DNA from: Flavobacteriaceae bacterium
GTDB taxonomy: Bacteria > Bacteroidota > Bacteroidia > Flavobacteriales > Flavobacteriaceae
Assembly (NCBI GenBank): GCA_030836435.1
Contig: JAURPW010000046.1
Span: forward strand, 1-25,110
Direction of reading: 5' to 3'
DNA length: 25,110 nt
Positions 15,562 to 23,594 of the stretch are shown here, piece after piece (position 1 is the stretch's first letter; every line of letters starts with the position of its first letter). A model generated the notes under the pieces. That model did not search any database, was not told where the DNA came from, and was given only the letters and a program-made list of their open reading frames with translations. Position numbers and translations under genes: made by a program.

Positions 15562-16288
15562 ACGAGACTATTTAAAGTTGCAGAGCTTGGGTTTGGCGGC
15601 CATTGTCATTCCGCAATTCGATGCCGACTTAGCAAAAAGATACAGTATTGAGCGTCTTATGGGGTTAGATGCGCCTAAACTCTTCGGGCAAGAGAACACC
15701 CAACTCAGCAGAAAAGCCTACAAGGCCTTTAACAAAATGAAAATGGCCGCATGGAACGACGGCATACTCATAAAAACGGTGTCTAGCTACCGTTCGTACC
15801 GCGATCAAAAACGCATATTTGAGCGTAAGTTCAACGCCTTTACTAAAGAAGGAGATACGGGTCAACAAGCCATTGAACGCATCATTGAGTATTCGACCAT
15901 TCCCGGAACATCACGTCACCATTGGGCGACCGACATAGATATCATTCAAGCCGGCAAGCCCATTGAGGGCGATTCGTTGCTCGCCGAACATTTTGCGCCA
16001 CAGGGTGCTTTCTTTGAGCTCAAAGAATGGTTAGACGCTAACGCCTCTGATTTTGATTTCTACCTGGTCTACACCGATAACCCCAATCGAAAGGGCTTTA
16101 AATACGAGCCTTGGCACCTGAGTTATGCCCCTGAATCAGTGCCTCTGCTCAAAAATTACCTCAAAAAAGAGGTGATCAAATTGGCCTACAAGCAACAGGT
16201 CGAGGGCTTTTCTTTCTTAACCCCAGAGCGCATAGATCGTTACTTAGATGAGCATGTGTTGGGCATTAACGAGGCCCTTCTGCCTTAA
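15554..16288 (+). CDS. M15 (VanY-like) D-alanyl-D-alanine carboxypeptidase with a twin-arginine-like signal
   Basis: SYRS, SRHHWATDID (SxHxxxxxxD zinc motif) and YEPWH (ExxH); N-terminus MHRRDYLK. Confidence 0.88.
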   Translation: MHRRDYLKLQSLGLAAIVIPQFDADLAKRYSIERLMGLDAPKLFGQENTQLSRKAYKAFNKMKMAAWNDGILIKTVSSYRSYRDQKRIFERKFNAFTKEGDTGQQAIERIIEYSTIPGTSRHHWATDIDIIQAGKPIEGDSLLAEHFAPQGAFFELKEWLDANASDFDFYLVYTDNPNRKGFKYEPWHLSYAPESVPLLKNYLKKEVIKLAYKQQVEGFSFLTPERIDRYLDEHVLGINEALLP

Positions 16289-16294
16289 TAGTTT

Positions 16295-16302
16295 TAAATT
16301 TG
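16295..16302 (+). promoter_or_regulatory. -7 promoter element (TAAATTTG) for gpmI-map-methyltransferase
   Basis: Exact TAnnTTTG match 22 nt upstream of the gpmI ATG. Confidence 0.5.
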
Positions 16303-16324
16303 TACGGTCATCAATCCTAATCCC

Positions 16325-17842
16325 ATGAATAAAAAGGTACTTCTTATGATCCTAGACGGATGGGGCATGTCGCCCGATCCTAAAGTCTCCGCCATTGATC
16401 AGGCAGATACACCCTTTATAGACAGTCTCTACACCCAATACGCTCACGGCAAATTGCTCACTCACGGTATGAATGTTGGGCTTCCCGACGGCCAAATGGG
16501 CAATAGTGAAGTAGGGCATATGAATCTTGGGGCCGGACGAATCGTGTATCAAGATCTAGCGCGCATCAATAAAGCGGTAAGCGATGATACCCTAGGCCAA
16601 GAAGAAGCCATACGAAAAGCCCTTGAATACGCACATAAAGAACAGGTGAATGTTCACCTGCTTGGTTTGTGCAGTGACGGAGGTGTGCATTCGCATATTG
16701 ATCACTTGAAGGCCTTAATCACGGTTTGCGAGAAGAACAATCACCCGAACACCTTCATTCACGCCTTTACTGACGGAAGAGACGTCGACCCCAAAAGCGG
16801 CTCAGGCTTTATCGCAGATTTATTAAAATTTATCGAAAAAGGTAAAACTAGACTCGCGAGTGTGACCGGAAGGTACTATGCCATGGATCGAGACAAGAGG
16901 TGGGAACGCGTAAAGGTTGCCTATGATGCCCTAGTTCACGGACACGGAAATCAAGCAAAGGATATCGTAAATGAACTAGAAGGCTCCTATGAGAATGGGG
17001 TTACCGACGAATTCATTCATCCGATCATCGCCGTAAATGACGATCAAACAGCTGTGGGGACCATTCAACCTAAGGATGTGGTGCTCTTCTTTAACTTCAG
17101 AACCGATCGGGGCCGTGAGCTTACCGAGGCACTTACGCAACGCGCTTTTGAAGAGCAGCAAATGCATCCGCTCGATTTGTACTACGTCACCCTGACCAAT
17201 TACGATAGCTCGTTTAAGGGCGTGCATGTGGTTTTCGATAAAGACAACCTGAGAGACACTTTAGGTGAGACGATCTCAAAGGCCGGCAAAACCCAGTTGC
17301 GTATGGCCGAAACCGAAAAGTATCCGCACGTAACCTTCTTCTTCAATGGAGGCCGTGAAGAACCCTTTGAAGGGGAAGCGCGCATCATGTGTCCTTCGCC
17401 CAAAGTAGCCACTTACGACCTGAAACCCGAGATGAGCGCATACGAGCTAAGAGATGAGTTGTTGCCGCATCTAAAATCGTCAACCTACGATTTTGTGTGC
17501 TTGAATTTTGCCAATCCAGACATGGTCGGTCACACCGGAAGCATGGAGGCCGCTATCAAGGCCTGCGAGACCGTAGATCAGTGCGCCAAAGACCTCGTTA
17601 CACAGGCACTAGATTCGGGATACACCACCTTAATCATCGCCGATCACGGCAATTGTGACACCATGGTAAACCCCGATCAAAGCCCAAATACGGCACATAC
17701 CACTAACCCGGTTCCGTTTATTGTTGTTGATCCCGAATTAGAAAGCGTGAGTGATGGAGTTCTTGGAGACATCGCTCCTACCGTACTCAAGCTAATGGGA
17801 TTAGATAAACCGGCAGCCATGACTCAAGATTCGCTGATTTAA
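16325..17842 (+). CDS. gpmI: 2,3-bisphosphoglycerate-independent phosphoglycerate mutase
   Basis: ILDGWG, DGQMGNSEVGH (catalytic Ser), FTDGRD, GRYYAMDRD, NFRTDR, AETEKYPHVT, NPDMVGH and ADHGN motifs. Confidence 0.98.
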   Translation: MNKKVLLMILDGWGMSPDPKVSAIDQADTPFIDSLYTQYAHGKLLTHGMNVGLPDGQMGNSEVGHMNLGAGRIVYQDLARINKAVSDDTLGQEEAIRKALEYAHKEQVNVHLLGLCSDGGVHSHIDHLKALITVCEKNNHPNTFIHAFTDGRDVDPKSGSGFIADLLKFIEKGKTRLASVTGRYYAMDRDKRWERVKVAYDALVHGHGNQAKDIVNELEGSYENGVTDEFIHPIIAVNDDQTAVGTIQPKDVVLFFNFRTDRGRELTEALTQRAFEEQQMHPLDLYYVTLTNYDSSFKGVHVVFDKDNLRDTLGETISKAGKTQLRMAETEKYPHVTFFFNGGREEPFEGEARIMCPSPKVATYDLKPEMSAYELRDELLPHLKSSTYDFVCLNFANPDMVGHTGSMEAAIKACETVDQCAKDLVTQALDSGYTTLIIADHGNCDTMVNPDQSPNTAHTTNPVPFIVVDPELESVSDGVLGDIAPTVLKLMGLDKPAAMTQDSLI

Positions 17843-18651
17843 TGAGTGCCATCGTCTTAAAAACGGCCGAAGAGATTGCCCTGATAGAGCAAAGCGCCCA
17901 GCTCGTTTCCAAAACCTTAGGAATGCTGGCTAAAGAGGTGGTTCCAGGAGCCATGCCGCTCGAATTAGACCGACTAGCCGAGACCTTCATTAGAGATCAT
18001 GGTGGGGAGCCCGGATTTTTAGGCATGTACGATTTTCCAAACACCTTGAACTGGAGCCCGAATGAACAAGTGGTTCACGGTATTCCTGATCACACTCCCC
18101 TCAAAGATGGAGACATTATTTCTATAGATTGCGGAGTGTACATGAACGGATATTACGGCGATCACGCCTACACCTTTGAAGTGGGTGAGGTGCATCCCGA
18201 TACAAAGAAGCTTCTAAAGATCGCCAAAGAATCCCTCTATGTAGGAATCGCCCAATTTAAGGCCTCAAATCGCGTGGGCGACGTAGGTTACGCCATTCAA
18301 CAACACAATGAGCGCGAAGGGTACGGAATCGTTCGCGAACTGGTCGGACACGGCCTAGGCAAAAGCCTTCACGAAGGCCCCGAGATGCCCAACTACGGCA
18401 GGCGCTCTCAAGGAAAGCAGTTCAAAGAGGGGCTGGTGGTAGCCATTGAGCCCATGATTAACCGCGGAACCCACCGTATCGTTCAGGGCAAAGACGGCTG
18501 GACCATTAAAACGGCCGACGGAATGCCCAGCGCCCATTTCGAGCACAACGTGGCCATAGTAAACGGAAAGCCCAAGCTACTTTCAACCTTTAACTACATT
18601 TATGAAGCGCTAGGAATACAATCTGACGAAGAAGCGCCATTTAAGTTCTAG
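17842..18651 (+). CDS. map: Methionine aminopeptidase type I
   Basis: VVHGIP, DIISIDCG, GDHA, GHGLG, IEPMI and AHFEH metal-ligand motifs; TAATG coupling to gpmI. Confidence 0.97.
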   Translation: MSAIVLKTAEEIALIEQSAQLVSKTLGMLAKEVVPGAMPLELDRLAETFIRDHGGEPGFLGMYDFPNTLNWSPNEQVVHGIPDHTPLKDGDIISIDCGVYMNGYYGDHAYTFEVGEVHPDTKKLLKIAKESLYVGIAQFKASNRVGDVGYAIQQHNEREGYGIVRELVGHGLGKSLHEGPEMPNYGRRSQGKQFKEGLVVAIEPMINRGTHRIVQGKDGWTIKTADGMPSAHFEHNVAIVNGKPKLLSTFNYIYEALGIQSDEEAPFKF

Positions 18652-18656
18652 GCGGT

Positions 18657-19439
18657 ATGCTAAACAAACTCTTTAGTTACAGTCTGGCCTTTATTCCCAG
18701 ACCCCTACTCATAAGGATTAGCCTTTTTGCTCAACCGCTGTTGCGCCTCTTATTTAAGGGAGACCGCTACACAGACCCCATCGACAAGCGCTCTTTTCGC
18801 AAATTGTTACCCTATGGCTACCGCAGCCAGCGCCAAAATGTGCTCTCCCCCTCTACCCTTTCGTTGGAGCGCCATCGCTTGCTCTGGCTCTATCTCGAAA
18901 GGCACACTTCGTTTTTGAACAGCAACCCAGAAAAAAGACTGAGTGTGCTGCACGTGGCACCTGAACAGTGTTTTTATGGGCGCTTCAATAAACTTTCGCA
19001 TCTAGAGGTCATCGGCTTTGATCAAAATTCGCCACTGGCCGAAGTCAAAGGCGATTTAAGGGCTCTTCCGTTCGAAGATGAACGATTTGATGTGGTGTTC
19101 TGCAATCACGTTTTAGAGCATATCGCCGACGATCTCGCGGCCATGAAAGAACTCTACCGTGTACTCAAGCCGGGGGGGTGGGGAATCGTTCAGGTACCCA
19201 TGAAAGCCGACTTGCTTGAGACCTATGAAGACCCCAGTATTACAACGGCTGCCGAGCGCGAAAAACAGTTCGGTCAATACGACCATGTGCGTTGGTACGG
19301 GCGTGAAGATTACTTCACCCGCCTAGAACAAGCCGGATTTGTGACAGAAGCACTGCGGGTTTCTGAACTTTTCACAGCAGATGAAATCGAGCGATTTGTT
19401 CTCGATATAGACGAAATTCTTCCGATTATTCGACGTTAG
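18657..19439 (+). CDS. Class I SAM-dependent methyltransferase with a degenerate N-terminal zinc-ribbon region
   Basis: SLERHR, VLHVAPE, LPFEDERFDVVFCNHVLEHIADD, RVLKPGG and FGQYDHVR motifs. Confidence 0.88.
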   Translation: MLNKLFSYSLAFIPRPLLIRISLFAQPLLRLLFKGDRYTDPIDKRSFRKLLPYGYRSQRQNVLSPSTLSLERHRLLWLYLERHTSFLNSNPEKRLSVLHVAPEQCFYGRFNKLSHLEVIGFDQNSPLAEVKGDLRALPFEDERFDVVFCNHVLEHIADDLAAMKELYRVLKPGGWGIVQVPMKADLLETYEDPSITTAAEREKQFGQYDHVRWYGREDYFTRLEQAGFVTEALRVSELFTADEIERFVLDIDEILPIIRR

Positions 19440-20436
19440 CTTCGTCAAAATGACCCTGAGAAATTCGCTGAGTTTGATTATACTCATCGACAAAGATGAT
19501 GAAGGCCGAGAAACCAGGACGCTCTTTTAAAAAAGCCTTGCTCATCTCTAGTGGCATAGCCATCAAAGCAGTCGCATAGGCATCAGCCTCTGCACAGGTT
19601 GGCGCTATAACGCTAGCCGATAGCACATTGGTCGGTTCGGCCATTCCACTTAGCGGGTTAATGGTATGCACGTATTTGCTTTGGGTGTCAGGGTCGATGC
19701 GATACTTTCGGTAGTTACCCGAAGTTGCCATGGCCTGATTAGAGAGCCCAATAATCTTGGTTAATGAATTTGATTCTGGAGACAGCGGGTCGTCAATTCC
19801 GATTCGCCAAGGCGAGCCTTTTTGTTTGTTCTCACCTTTGGCAACAATCTCTCCGCCCAGTTCTACCAAATAATTCGAGGCGCCCAGCTCTTGCAATACC
19901 ATTGACATTCTGTCGAGCGTGTATCCCTTGGCCACGGCATTAAAATCAAATTGAATACCGGGCTGACTCATTTGAATCTTGCGATTAACCAGAGACACCT
20001 TATCGAAACCTACAAACTGAAGCAAGCTATCTAGATGCGTTGGCCGTTCTGAACTCGGCCCTTGAGGGCCAAAGCCCCAAGCATTCACAAGCACCCCAAC
20101 AGTAGGATCAAAGTAGCCTTTGGATTCGCTATAGACACGCTCCGAAAGCCAGAACACGTCCTCAAACAGTTCATCGACCACCACCGTAGTGTCTCCCGCA
20201 TTTATTCGCGATATACTTGAATCATCTTGGTAAGTAGACATAGAGGCATTTACCTTAACAAACAACGAATCAAAGGCCTTTCGCAGCGCTAAGTCACCGC
20301 CCTTTAGCTCGTTCTCGAAAACCGAAACGGCATAGGTGGTTCCGAGTGCGTTCCCCTGAACGATTTTCAGCTCGTTTGAAGGCTTGCAACTTGCAACAAC
20401 GAATAGGGCAGATAGTAGAAGTAAAAACGGTCTCAT
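19426..20436 (-). CDS. apbE: FAD:protein FMN transferase ApbE (lipoprotein)
   Basis: Start placed at ATG 20436 (MRPFLLLLSALFVVASC, lipobox). MSTY, FDPTVG, NAVAKGY, ATSGNY, HTINP and ADAYATA motifs; sits downstream of the nqr genes. Confidence 0.95.
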   Translation of the reverse strand: MRPFLLLLSALFVVASCKPSNELKIVQGNALGTTYAVSVFENELKGGDLALRKAFDSLFVKVNASMSTYQDDSSISRINAGDTTVVVDELFEDVFWLSERVYSESKGYFDPTVGVLVNAWGFGPQGPSSERPTHLDSLLQFVGFDKVSLVNRKIQMSQPGIQFDFNAVAKGYTLDRMSMVLQELGASNYLVELGGEIVAKGENKQKGSPWRIGIDDPLSPESNSLTKIIGLSNQAMATSGNYRKYRIDPDTQSKYVHTINPLSGMAEPTNVLSASVIAPTCAEADAYATALMAMPLEMSKAFLKERPGFSAFIIFVDEYNQTQRISQGHFDEANVE

Positions 20437-20446
20437 AATAAGCGAG

Positions 20447-20818
20447 TTAGAGTAATTCGTCAACCAAAAAGAGTCCCTTGAAATCAATATCGCAGTCTTG
20501 ACCCTTTTCGACCGGGAGGCTTTTATCGATGGCATTGTAAACGCCAACCCCGGCAAAGTAGGTGGCTGCTTCAAAGGCCACTGCGTGATCTTTCACCTTG
20601 GTAAGAAGAGCGCGGTCAACGGCCATTGGATCTTCAGGAAAGCGCGAAGCCCGAACGATAATAAAGTGCAGCTCTTTATCTTTTAGACAGACAAACTGCG
20701 GATCTTTCTTCAATTCAGAATTAACCCCCAAGAACTCAAAGCCCGCTTGCTCGAGCTGTTTTCCTACCACGTTCATGGCCATGCGATGTAAATCGTGATC
20801 CGAAATCATACTGGTCAA
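20447..20818 (-). CDS. Conserved hypothetical protein between nqrF and apbE; YraN/PD-(D/E)xK-like fold lacking catalytic residues (inferred)
   Basis: 123-aa ORF (TTG 20818; ATG 20809 is an alternative start) filling the nqrF-apbE gap. It contains no Fe-S, FAD or NAD motifs. Confidence 0.75.
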   Translation of the reverse strand: MTSMISDHDLHRMAMNVVGKQLEQAGFEFLGVNSELKKDPQFVCLKDKELHFIIVRASRFPEDPMAVDRALLTKVKDHAVAFEAATYFAGVGVYNAIDKSLPVEKGQDCDIDFKGLFLVDELL

Positions 20819-20823
20819 AGACT

Positions 20824-20849
20824 AAAAAACCGCTGCAAGGCAGCGGTTT
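20824..20849 (-). terminator. Rho-independent terminator after nqrF
   Basis: Minus strand AAACCGCTGC-CTT-GCAGCGGTTT with a T6 run, 5 nt after the nqrF stop. Confidence 0.8.
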
Positions 20850-20854
20850 GATTA

Positions 20855-22162
20855 TTACCCTCCGAAATCGTCGAAGCGAATATTTTCATCGGGTATTCCG
20901 AAGTCTTCACCCATTTTCTGAACGGCCTGGTTCATGAGTGGAGGACCACAGAAATACAGCTCGATGTCTTCAGGAGTCTCGTGATGCTTTAGGTACTGAT
21001 CAATGACACAGTTGTGAATAAATCCGACAAAACCATCGCCTTCAGTGTCATTGATGTCTTTCTTAACCTTCCAGTTGTCTTCTTCTAGGGGCTCCGAAAG
21101 GGCCATGTAGAATTTGAAATTTGGAAACTCGGCCTCTAACTTCTTGAAGTGATCGATGTAGAAGAGCTCGCGCTTAGAGCGCCCACCGTACCAATAGGTC
21201 ACTTTGCGGTTAGTTCTAAGGGTCTTGAACAAATGATAAAGGTGAGAGCGCATTGGAGCCATTCCGGCACCACCACCCACATAAAGCATCTCGGCCTCTG
21301 ATTCATTGATGAAGAATTCGCCGAACGGGCCTGAAATGGTCACCGGGTCACCTGCCTTTAGACTGAAAATATAAGAAGATGCTACCCCAGGATTAACGTC
21401 TGCCCAATCGTTCTTTTTGCGATCAAAAGGGGGAGTCGCAATACGCACATTGAGCATGATCTCTCTTCCTTCTGCCGGAAAAGAGGCCATAGAGTAGGCA
21501 CGCTCAACGAGCTCTGGATTTTTCATAACTAATGGCCAAAGCTTAAACTTATCCCACTCGTTTTGAAACTTCTTCGGATCGTCGTGTTCTTCGGGGTGGG
21601 CCGTAATATCCATGTCGGCATACTTCACCTCGCAAGCGGGAATCTCAATTTGAATATAGCCTCCGGCCTTGTAGTTCATGTCTTCAGGAATCTCCACCAC
21701 AAACTCTTTGATGAAAGAGGCCACATTGTAGTTGCGCACAACCTTTCCTTGCCACTTCTTGATACCGAAGACCTCCTCTGGGATCTCGATCTCCATGTCT
21801 TGCTTAACCTTTACTTGACAAGCTAGGCGCGCCCCTGAGAGCAGCTCTTTCTTCGAAAAGTGTGGAGTCTCCGTAGGTAAAGCCTCACCGCCTCCTGAGA
21901 GCACGTGACACTCGCACTGAATGCAGGTTCCACCGCCGCCACAGGCAGAAGGCAAAAACACCTTTTGATTTCCTAGAGTTGAAAGCAAAGAGCTACCAGA
22001 AGGCACCTCAATTTTTCGCTCGCCATTAATAGTAATGGTTACCGGGCCCGAGGGCGAAAGCTTTTCTTTGGTGTAAAGCAGTAACCCCACTAGAAGCAGA
22101 GTGAGCACCAAAAAGGCAGCAACGGTAATGAGCATTGTACTTCCGATAGCAGCTAAAACCAT
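20855..22162 (-). CDS. nqrF: Na+-translocating NADH:quinone reductase subunit F
   Basis: N-terminal TM anchor, [2Fe-2S] motif SACGGGGTCIQC...RLACQ, FAD motif RAYSMA, GGGAGMAPMRSH, CGPP and C-terminal FDDFGG. Confidence 0.98.
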   Translation of the reverse strand: MVLAAIGSTMLITVAAFLVLTLLLVGLLLYTKEKLSPSGPVTITINGERKIEVPSGSSLLSTLGNQKVFLPSACGGGGTCIQCECHVLSGGGEALPTETPHFSKKELLSGARLACQVKVKQDMEIEIPEEVFGIKKWQGKVVRNYNVASFIKEFVVEIPEDMNYKAGGYIQIEIPACEVKYADMDITAHPEEHDDPKKFQNEWDKFKLWPLVMKNPELVERAYSMASFPAEGREIMLNVRIATPPFDRKKNDWADVNPGVASSYIFSLKAGDPVTISGPFGEFFINESEAEMLYVGGGAGMAPMRSHLYHLFKTLRTNRKVTYWYGGRSKRELFYIDHFKKLEAEFPNFKFYMALSEPLEEDNWKVKKDINDTEGDGFVGFIHNCVIDQYLKHHETPEDIELYFCGPPLMNQAVQKMGEDFGIPDENIRFDDFGG

Positions 22163-22185
22163 ATCAATTCTTCTTTTAGCAATTA

Positions 22186-22926
22186 TTAATTAATACCCGC
22201 GATTACCTCTTCTTGCTGGTCTTGCGGTTCTTCTAACTCTTTAGTTTCTTCAGGTGATTCTTCGGTCTTCACCACGGCCTCTTCGACGGCGGCAGGCGGC
22301 TCATTATCTCCTGTTAACATTCCGCCAAAGCTCTGAAAGCCTATACCCATTAATCCGGTGATAATAAAAGTGATTCCAAGGCCTCTCAATGGAGCCGGAA
22401 CGGCCGAATAGCGAATCTTCTCGCGAATGGCAGCAATAGCCAATATGGCCAGAAACCACCCAATGCCCGAACTCAAACCGTAGTTAAAGGCCAGATCTAG
22501 CGAAGGTATTTCTCGGGCCTGCATGAATAACGAACCTCCCAAAATGGCGCAGTTCACAGCAATTAGCGGCAAGAAAATACCCAAAGAGTTATACAGTGAG
22601 GGAGAAAATTTCTCCACCACGATCTCAACAAGCTGCACCATAGTAGCAATGGTGGCGATGAATAGAATGAACGATAAGAAACTCAAGTCGTAATCGGCAT
22701 ATTCGGCACCTAACCAGGTGAGGGCTCCGGGCTGAAGAATGTACTGATCCAATAGCCAGTTAAGGGGAACGGTCACGGCAAGCACGAAGATTACGGCTGC
22801 ACCCAGTCCGACAGCGGTGGCCACCTTTTTCGAAACGGCTAAATAGGAACACATTCCTAAAAAGACCGCAAAAACCATGTTGTCAATAAAAATAGACTTG
22901 AAAAATAATTCTAAATGCTCTAACAT
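22186..22926 (-). CDS. nqrE: Na+-NQR subunit E with an acidic C-terminal extension
   Basis: Start placed at ATG 22926. FLGMCSYLAVS and LPLIAVNCAILG (Fe-ligand Cys), QLVEI, VPAPLRGLGITFI. Confidence 0.97.
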   Translation of the reverse strand: MLEHLELFFKSIFIDNMVFAVFLGMCSYLAVSKKVATAVGLGAAVIFVLAVTVPLNWLLDQYILQPGALTWLGAEYADYDLSFLSFILFIATIATMVQLVEIVVEKFSPSLYNSLGIFLPLIAVNCAILGGSLFMQAREIPSLDLAFNYGLSSGIGWFLAILAIAAIREKIRYSAVPAPLRGLGITFIITGLMGIGFQSFGGMLTGDNEPPAAVEEAVVKTEESPEETKELEEPQDQQEEVIAGIN

Positions 22927-22936
22927 CTCTATACGA

Positions 22937-23584
22937 TTAAGCTTCTTCAATTAATGCCGGATTCTTCGCGCGCTGAACCCAAATTAAAACCCCAACTACA
23001 ATTAGCGCGGCTGGAGGTATGATCATAAATCCGTTGTTTTCATAGCCAAAGGCATAAAGCCCTGTTTTGGCAATCGGATCTCCGAGTACGGGAATTCCGA
23101 AGAGTGTACCCGAACCCAATAACTCTCTGAAAAACCCAACGATTACCAAGATAACCCCGTATCCTAAGGCGTTTCCAATACCGTCTAGAAATGATCTCCA
23201 CGGCCCGTTACCCAAGGCAAAAGCCTCAAAGCGACCCATGATGATACAGTTGGTAATGATAAGGCCTACAAAGACAGATAGCGTTTTACTCAGCTCATAA
23301 GCAAAGGCCTTTAAGGTCTGGTCGACCACAATAACCAAGGTAGCCACTACGATGAGCTGAACAATGATGCGGATCTTTGATGGAATCACATTTCGCATAA
23401 GCGAAATCACCACGTTTCCAACACCAAGAACGAATAAGACCGAAACGGCCATTACCACAGAGGCTTTGAGTTCAGCTGTGATAGCCAGTGCAGAACAAAT
23501 CCCGAGAACCTGAATAGTGATCGGGTTATTATCTGCTAAGGGATCAAGGATTAACTTGGTTTCTTTTTTTGATAGTAAGGGCAT
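22937..23584 (-). CDS. nqrD: Na+-NQR subunit D
   Basis: NNPITIQVLGICSALA, RIIVQL, VFVGLIITNCIIMGRFEAFA and DGIGNALGY motifs. Confidence 0.98.
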   Translation of the reverse strand: MPLLSKKETKLILDPLADNNPITIQVLGICSALAITAELKASVVMAVSVLFVLGVGNVVISLMRNVIPSKIRIIVQLIVVATLVIVVDQTLKAFAYELSKTLSVFVGLIITNCIIMGRFEAFALGNGPWRSFLDGIGNALGYGVILVIVGFFRELLGSGTLFGIPVLGDPIAKTGLYAFGYENNGFMIIPPAALIVVGVLIWVQRAKNPALIEEA

Positions 23585-23594
23585 GACTTACGAT

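Noticed and set aside
20447-20818. Calling the 123-aa ORF a second or fragmentary nqrF
   Set aside because: No similarity to NqrF ferredoxin, FAD or NAD motifs; intact nqrF lies immediately upstream.
22186-22308. NqrE tail as a tandem repeat or frameshift artefact
   Set aside because: The frame is continuous to a TAA 23 nt before nqrF, and no repeated nucleotide unit is visible.
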